This document shows positions 58,915 to 64,000 of a stretch of DNA of 64,000 nucleotides, in pieces. The stretch spans positions 4,128,001 to 4,192,000 of the forward strand of contig OY761159.2 in assembly GCA_963664395.2 (NCBI GenBank), written 5' to 3'. Origin of the DNA: Candidatus Binatia bacterium (GTDB lineage: Bacteria > Desulfobacterota > Binatia > Bin18). The notes under the pieces were generated by a model. It saw nothing but the letters and a program-made list of their open reading frames with translations, did no database searches and was not told the DNA's origin. The first letter of the stretch is position 1. Each line of letters starts with the position of its first letter. A program made the translations under genes and the position numbers.

Positions 58915-61482
58915 GTGCAACTCAAAACCTACCAGCAAAACGCCCTCGACCAACTCGACCGCTGGCTTGAAGCACTCAAGGAAGCCCGGCTGAAATGTGA
59001 GAAAGCCACGAAGGCGCTCGAAGAGAGCGGCGTTGATGTTCCCGAGGAACTAAAAAATTATCCCCTGGCTGCCTGGAAAAACCTCAAAGAGCAAAACGTC
59101 CTTCCTGCCGTCCAGAATCAAGACGGAAAATCCGAAGTCCCCGACTACATCCCCCGAACCGCGACCTCCGGTGAGCCTGCCCCGCATGTCTGCCTGAAAA
59201 TCCCGACCGGAGGCGGCAAGACGCTGCTGGGCGTTGCCGCGCTCGAACGTATCAAGCAGGACACGGGCTTTGTGCTGTGGATCGTGCCGACGCGGGCGAT
59301 CTATGATCAGACGCTCAAGGCGTTCAGAACCCGCGAACACCCGTACCGGCAAATGCTCGAAAGAATTTCCGGCGGCAAGGTCAAACTATTGCAGAAGGAC
59401 GACCGCTTTACCCGACAAGATGTTGAAAGCCGGCTGTGCATCATGATGCTGATGTTGCCGTCCGCTAACCGGCAAAAGGGCAAGGACTTTCTCAAGATAT
59501 TCCGGGACAGTGGCGGGTATACCTCCTTCTTCCCGGAACAGGATGACATGACCGCCAACCGTGAGCTTTCAGAACAACTCCCCGACCTGGAGAAGAACCG
59601 CAGCGGCGATTGGGTCAAGCAAAGCCTGATTAACGTCCTGAAGCTCATCCGTCCGACCGTGATTCTGGACGAGGCGCACAAAGCCTATGGGCCGAATGAC
59701 AAAAACAATCGGGAGTTCGTCAAGTCCGTCAACCGCCTTAATCCCCGCTTCGTGCTCGAACTGTCCGCTACGCCGAAAATTGGTATCAGCAACATCCTGG
59801 TCAACATCTCGGGAACTGAGCTTCAGGCCGAGGAGATGATAAAGCTGCCCATAGAGGTCCACAGCTTCACCAATTCCGACTGGAAGCATGCGCTCGCCGA
59901 AACGCAGAAAAGAGTAGAGCAACTGGAAGAGGAAGCGCGGCAACTCCAATCGAGAGAAAACCGCTATGTCCGTCCCATCGCTCTGGTACGGGTGCAACGA
60001 ACGGGCAAGGAGCAAAGGGGCCAGGGAAACATTCATTCCGAGGACGTGCGCGAATACCTGATACGGAATCTTGCCGTACCGGAGGCGTGGATACGGGTGC
60101 AGTCGTCCGAAACCAAGGAACTTGGGCACGAAGATTTATTGAGCGAACACAGCCTCGTCCGCTGGATTCTGACAAAAGACGCGCTTAAAGAGGGCTGGGA
60201 TTGCTCGTTTGCATATGTGCTGGCCCTGCTGGATAACACCACGGCAACGACCGCCATGACGCAAATGGTGGGGCGGATCATGCGCCAGCCCTACGCCCGA
60301 AGAATTGAGACAAGTAAGGCCCTGAACCAGTGTTATATCTACTGTTACAACAAGGACGTGGGCAAGGCGGTTGAGGGGGTGAAAGCCGGGCTGGAAAACG
60401 AGGGGCTGACGGGCTTGGGCGATGCGGTTCGCGGCTACAGCACAGGAGACGCCCCGAAGCCGATAACCGTCCGGCGTCGCGGCACCTATAGCACACTCAA
60501 AATTTTCCTTCCTCGGGTTCTGCACAGAAAGGGGAAAGGCTGGCGTCCGATTGATTACGACCGCGACATCTTGAGCGCTGTGAGCTGGGGCGCGATTGAA
60601 GTGGGCGGGGCGGTGGATCTGGACGACGAAGACACCATGCGGGAGATCATCGCCACGGTTGACGTTCAGGGTGGGGGCAGCGTCTCTGACGAGGCTTTTG
60701 AGACCGGTGAACGATTGAGCCTTGACTATTTTGTCCGGCGACTCACGGACATTGTGCCTAATCCGTGGCAGGCGGCACGCATAGCAGAGAGCTTTCTGCA
60801 CAAGCACGAGAGCAAGGGACACAACGGGTCAAAACTGCTGAGCAACCGGGTGTATCTCTCGGAAGTATTGAGACGCCGGGTGAAAGAGGACATCGACGCA
60901 AAAGCCGAAGCGGTTTTCCACAGTAAGGTAAAGAGAGATGAGATACGGTTTCAGCTTGAGACTGGTGAACGGCTGAACTATGAGTTGGGCCGGTCGTTTG
61001 AAGTGTTTGCATCCAAGGAGGAGAGAATCCTTCAGGGTGAGCACGCCAGCCAAATACAACGCAGCCTGTTCGAGCCCCTTTTTGAAAGCGGATTCAACGG
61101 TCTGGAAAAGGACTTTGCGCTGTATCTGGAAAAGAGCAACGCGATATATTGGTGGCACAGAGTAGCCGCACGGCAGGACTACTATCTACAAGGCTGGCGA
61201 CGCCAGCGGGTATACCCCGACTTTGTGGCCTGCCGCAAAGACGATGGAAAGCTGCTGATCCTGGAAACAAAAGGTATTCACCTGAAAGGAAGCGACGACA
61301 CAGGCTACAAGAAAAAGCTGCTTGAGACCCTTGAAGAGGCATACTCAACCGCCTCTGAGAGAGGACAAATGAGAATCGGCAAGCCGTCGGCTACCTTCAG
61401 GATGATGTTTGAGGAAAGGTGGAAGGGACAGGTCAGTGAACTGCTGAACGAGACATATCGGAAAGGCCAGCGATGCGTGTAG
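58915..61482 (+). CDS. res: type III restriction endonuclease subunit (Res)
   Basis: LKTYQ, KIPTGGGKT, ILDEAH, LELSATP, LKEGWD, QMVGRIMR, C-terminal YPDF...LETKG nuclease. GTG start. Confidence 0.93.
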   Translation: MQLKTYQQNALDQLDRWLEALKEARLKCEKATKALEESGVDVPEELKNYPLAAWKNLKEQNVLPAVQNQDGKSEVPDYIPRTATSGEPAPHVCLKIPTGGGKTLLGVAALERIKQDTGFVLWIVPTRAIYDQTLKAFRTREHPYRQMLERISGGKVKLLQKDDRFTRQDVESRLCIMMLMLPSANRQKGKDFLKIFRDSGGYTSFFPEQDDMTANRELSEQLPDLEKNRSGDWVKQSLINVLKLIRPTVILDEAHKAYGPNDKNNREFVKSVNRLNPRFVLELSATPKIGISNILVNISGTELQAEEMIKLPIEVHSFTNSDWKHALAETQKRVEQLEEEARQLQSRENRYVRPIALVRVQRTGKEQRGQGNIHSEDVREYLIRNLAVPEAWIRVQSSETKELGHEDLLSEHSLVRWILTKDALKEGWDCSFAYVLALLDNTTATTAMTQMVGRIMRQPYARRIETSKALNQCYIYCYNKDVGKAVEGVKAGLENEGLTGLGDAVRGYSTGDAPKPITVRRRGTYSTLKIFLPRVLHRKGKGWRPIDYDRDILSAVSWGAIEVGGAVDLDDEDTMREIIATVDVQGGGSVSDEAFETGERLSLDYFVRRLTDIVPNPWQAARIAESFLHKHESKGHNGSKLLSNRVYLSEVLRRRVKEDIDAKAEAVFHSKVKRDEIRFQLETGERLNYELGRSFEVFASKEERILQGEHASQIQRSLFEPLFESGFNGLEKDFALYLEKSNAIYWWHRVAARQDYYLQGWRRQRVYPDFVACRKDDGKLLILETKGIHLKGSDDTGYKKKLLETLEEAYSTASERGQMRIGKPSATFRMMFEERWKGQVSELLNETYRKGQRCV

Positions 61483-61644
61483 CAATGGCCGGGCGCGTTG
61501 CGGCCATGTCGTGCAGAATGGTTACAGCCCGGTCAATACCCTCTTCCAGGGCGGTGTTGACGCTGGGTTCGGTCTGGCGGGCTTGGTGGTAGGGCATACC
61601 TCTTTATTTATCGGAAAAAAGTGGAGAGGGACCGGGAGATATTG

Positions 61645-62013
61645 CTACTCAAAAAGCTCCCCATAGACGTCGGGATGAAAGCCGACGACAAGTACTTTCC
61701 CTGCGCGTATGGCAGGGGCGCGTAGATTGCCTGAAGGGCCAATGACGGCCGAGAGCAAGGCGTCGGGTGGTTGCTGATCTTTTTTAAGAGAAAACCGAAG
61801 AATCTTTTTGCCCTTAACGGCAATGACTTGTGTGGGCGTTTGAAGCAGTTCAAGCGTCCGGGCACGGTCAAATTGTTCTTTGCGTGCATTCACAACGGTG
61901 GCGGCTGTTATATCTTTCTGCACAAGGAACTCTTGCGCTCTCTTACAGGTCACTCAACCAGGGCGATGATACTGCCAGTCCAGATGTACTTTGGGCACCT
62001 TTCCTTTTGGCAT
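61645..62013 (-). CDS. ArsC/Spx-like thioredoxin-fold selenoprotein (UxxC), UGA at 61954-61956
   Basis: Two track ORFs join in frame: MPK...DWQYHRPG-TGA-VTCKRAQEFL...GPSGNLRAPAIR.GK.LVVGF. Confidence 0.85.
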
Positions 62014-62035
62014 CTTTCTCTCCTCTTTTCTGCTT

Positions 62036-62533
62036 TTATCGGGGCGTTTTTTTCTGACGGGATTTTGTAATGATCCACTCATACCCGTCAATAAGGGCGA
62101 GCCAGGCTGATTCGAGCAAGTCGCGTGATTGGCGCATGGTGCTCCACTGCTGTACGCCATCGCTAAACTTCATGATGGATACAACCTCCGCAGCCGTCCC
62201 GGCACCGCCACGGTGGGTATACAATTCAACGAGCTCCACACCCTCAAGAAAGGGGAAGTGCTTAGTCAGGACTTGGCGGAAGGCTTGATCCAACGCATGG
62301 ACGCCTCCAACACCTTGCGCCGCGCCAAAATCCTGTTGTGTGTTCACTTCAACCAGGACAACCGCATCGATGGCGCTTTGTCCGTTCCACACCTCGTCAA
62401 TGACACGCCAGCGGATAATACGAAACGGAGAGAGATAGTCAGGGTCTTGATGCCACCGCTTGACTTCTTGCGAGGCTTGCGGGGCAGTGGTCTCAGGGAA
62501 AAATTCTTCGCTTTGTTCCGGTTGCTGTGCCAT
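62036..62533 (-). CDS. stand-alone LeuA/CimA-type C-terminal regulatory domain protein
   Basis: AAQGVGGVHALDQAFR..L...FP.L..VEL..., WSTM..S.DLLESAW.AL.DG.EW. Confidence 0.75.
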   Translation of the reverse strand: MAQQPEQSEEFFPETTAPQASQEVKRWHQDPDYLSPFRIIRWRVIDEVWNGQSAIDAVVLVEVNTQQDFGAAQGVGGVHALDQAFRQVLTKHFPFLEGVELVELYTHRGGAGTAAEVVSIMKFSDGVQQWSTMRQSRDLLESAWLALIDGYEWIITKSRQKKTPR

Positions 62534-62575
62534 ACATGCTCCAATGCCGGTCGTATTGAGTCAGGGCGACTGTTT

Positions 62576-62794
62576 CTAGGTTTCTCCGAGCGTTTCCCAG
62601 TGGATGTCCCAAAAGTCGGGCAGCGGAGCGGACAGTTCAAAATGACCTCCAAAACACTGAAAACTGGGTTGGTGTGAGAGGCGTTCTTTTAAGTAGTGCA
62701 AATGGTCTTCAAGCGCCCCGGTGCGGGGAGGGCCAATGTCCATCCGTTTCTGCTGTCCACATTTTTTACAACTCACGTCAACGTACATACCCAC
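62576..62794 (-). CDS. small zinc-ribbon-like hypothetical protein
   Basis: CKKC...CFGGH, 72 aa. Confidence 0.55.
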   Translation of the reverse strand: MGMYVDVSCKKCGQQKRMDIGPPRTGALEDHLHYLKERLSHQPSFQCFGGHFELSAPLPDFWDIHWETLGET

Positions 62795-62862
62795 CCCTGG
62801 ATTTGTGTGGTCAGACCGGATAAATAACTGCCTAACACGAGGGCGAAGGAGGCCGCAAGCGC

Positions 62863-63246
62863 ATGCCGTTAGTCACGTTTATTAAGCAGGAATTGACGAT
62901 TGAAGTTGCTAAAGGATCGAACCTGCGCGAGGTCGCATTAGAAAACAGAGTAGACCTGTATCCGCTCTTTGGACCTGACCCATTTACCGGAATGCCGTTT
63001 CCTGCAAAATTGCTCAATTGTCGGGGCAGGGGTTTTTGTGGGACGTGTCGGGTGAAAGTGAACGACCATAGAGCGCTCTCACCTCTGAGCGTCAAGGAGG
63101 AGAAACAGGTTGCCTGGGAAGGGAAGGCGTACCGTTTGGCATGCCAGACCCAAATCCTGGATGACGTTGAGGTGGAAACGAATCCGCGTAGGGTGTCAGG
63201 CTGGATGGAGCATGCTACCTATCAAAAAATGAAAGAGATTGCCTAA
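62863..63246 (+). CDS. 2Fe-2S ferredoxin
   Basis: NCRGRGFCGTC...RLACQ. AAGGAGG RBS. Confidence 0.9.
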   Translation: MPLVTFIKQELTIEVAKGSNLREVALENRVDLYPLFGPDPFTGMPFPAKLLNCRGRGFCGTCRVKVNDHRALSPLSVKEEKQVAWEGKAYRLACQTQILDDVEVETNPRRVSGWMEHATYQKMKEIA

Positions 63247-63422
63247 TTTGAACATATGTGGATACCCCATATGTTGTGCCCTCTATACTCACTTGCCAAA
63301 GGGATAGGGGTTTGATAGGGAAAAGCATGGCGGCTGCAACTGTCTGACACTACAGGAAATAGAGCCCATCTTATCTGTAACGAGATGGGCTTTTTTGTAA
63401 CTGGTATCCGAGGAGTATGCCT

Positions 63423-64000
63423 ATGCTGCCCGTAGAAATCCCCGAAGGTCTCACATTCGACGACATCCTCCTCCTGCCTGGTGAATCTGATTTCATGCCC
63501 AAAGACGCGAATGTCTCGACCTATGTAACGCGGACGATCCGGCTGAATACGCCGTTGGTGAGCGCTGCTATGGATACGGTGACTGAGGCGCGGACGGCAA
63601 TCGCCATGGCCCAAACGGGTGGAATCGGAGTGATCCATCGTAATCTTGGTATTCCAGCCCAGGCCGCAGAGGTGGCCAAGGTCAAAAAATATGAAAGCGG
63701 AGTCATTATCAATCCCATCACTATTGCTCCTGACATCACTATTGCTCAGGCGCGAGAGATCATGGACCGCTCCCATATATCCGGGCTGCCAGTCACCAAA
63801 GATGACAAACTGGTCGGTATTTTGACTAATCGTGATCTCCGTTTTGAAAAACGGCTCGATCGGATGGTCTCAGAAGTCATGACCAAAGAGAATCTGGTGA
63901 CCGCCTGGCCGGGGATTAGCCGCGAAGAAGCGGAAGAAATTCTTCATACGCATCGCATTGAAAAATTGCTGGTCGTTGATGAGGACATGCACCTCAAGGG
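63423..64000 (+). CDS. guaB: IMP dehydrogenase (5' part, runs off the window)
   Basis: Own translation gives EGLTFDDILLLP...LNTPLVSAAMDTVTE..AIAMAQ.GGIGVIHRN followed by CBS domains. An alternative ATG lies at 63417. Confidence 0.95.
   Translation, partial: MLPVEIPEGLTFDDILLLPGESDFMPKDANVSTYVTRTIRLNTPLVSAAMDTVTEARTAIAMAQTGGIGVIHRNLGIPAQAAEVAKVKKYESGVIINPITIAPDITIAQAREIMDRSHISGLPVTKDDKLVGILTNRDLRFEKRLDRMVSEVMTKENLVTAWPGISREEAEEILHTHRIEKLLVVDEDMHLK

Noticed and set aside
61483-61600. Minus-strand short ORF (MPYHQARQTEPSVNTAL...) downstream of res, possible gene remnant at the island edge
   Set aside because: Too short, it runs antisense into res, and no homology can be shown without a search.
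52300-61640. Integrase, transposase or att sites delimiting the RM island
   Set aside because: No recombinase gene, tRNA or convincing direct repeat was seen at either end.

Overview
Bacterial chromosomal window of moderately high GC. Gene content (smc-ftsY-zapB-zapA-probable 6S RNA-rny-tyrS-era, a TIGR03960-type radical SAM gene next to rng, guaB) suggests a deltaproteobacteria-like organism, possibly Binatia; this taxonomy is inference only. Housekeeping and metabolic genes include metY-metX-metW, metF, a MesD-like methionine synthase, xth, AOR, dacB, an acyl-CoA dehydrogenase/DUF35/thiolase-like trio and a gentisate dioxygenase. Three accessory patches interrupt them: (i) a toxin-antitoxin/methyltransferase mini-island at about 4.3-7.4 kb; (ii) a REP-flanked patch at about 12-18.3 kb with a copper storage protein, a damaged OprC-like TonB receptor and a large repeat-containing surface protein; (iii) a type III restriction-modification locus at 52.4-61.5 kb. 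The mod and res genes of (iii) are separated by an AT-richer, tightly coupled three-gene cassette: an SPPY DNA methyltransferase, a Ser/Thr kinase fused to a P-loop ATPase, and a protein with two CARF-like repeats. This cassette is the best candidate for an undescribed defence system. Two genes split by the ORF track are probably selenoproteins, each with an in-frame UGA at the catalytic Cys position and a SECIS-like hairpin: a sterol-desaturase/rhodanese fusion and an ArsC-like UxxC protein.
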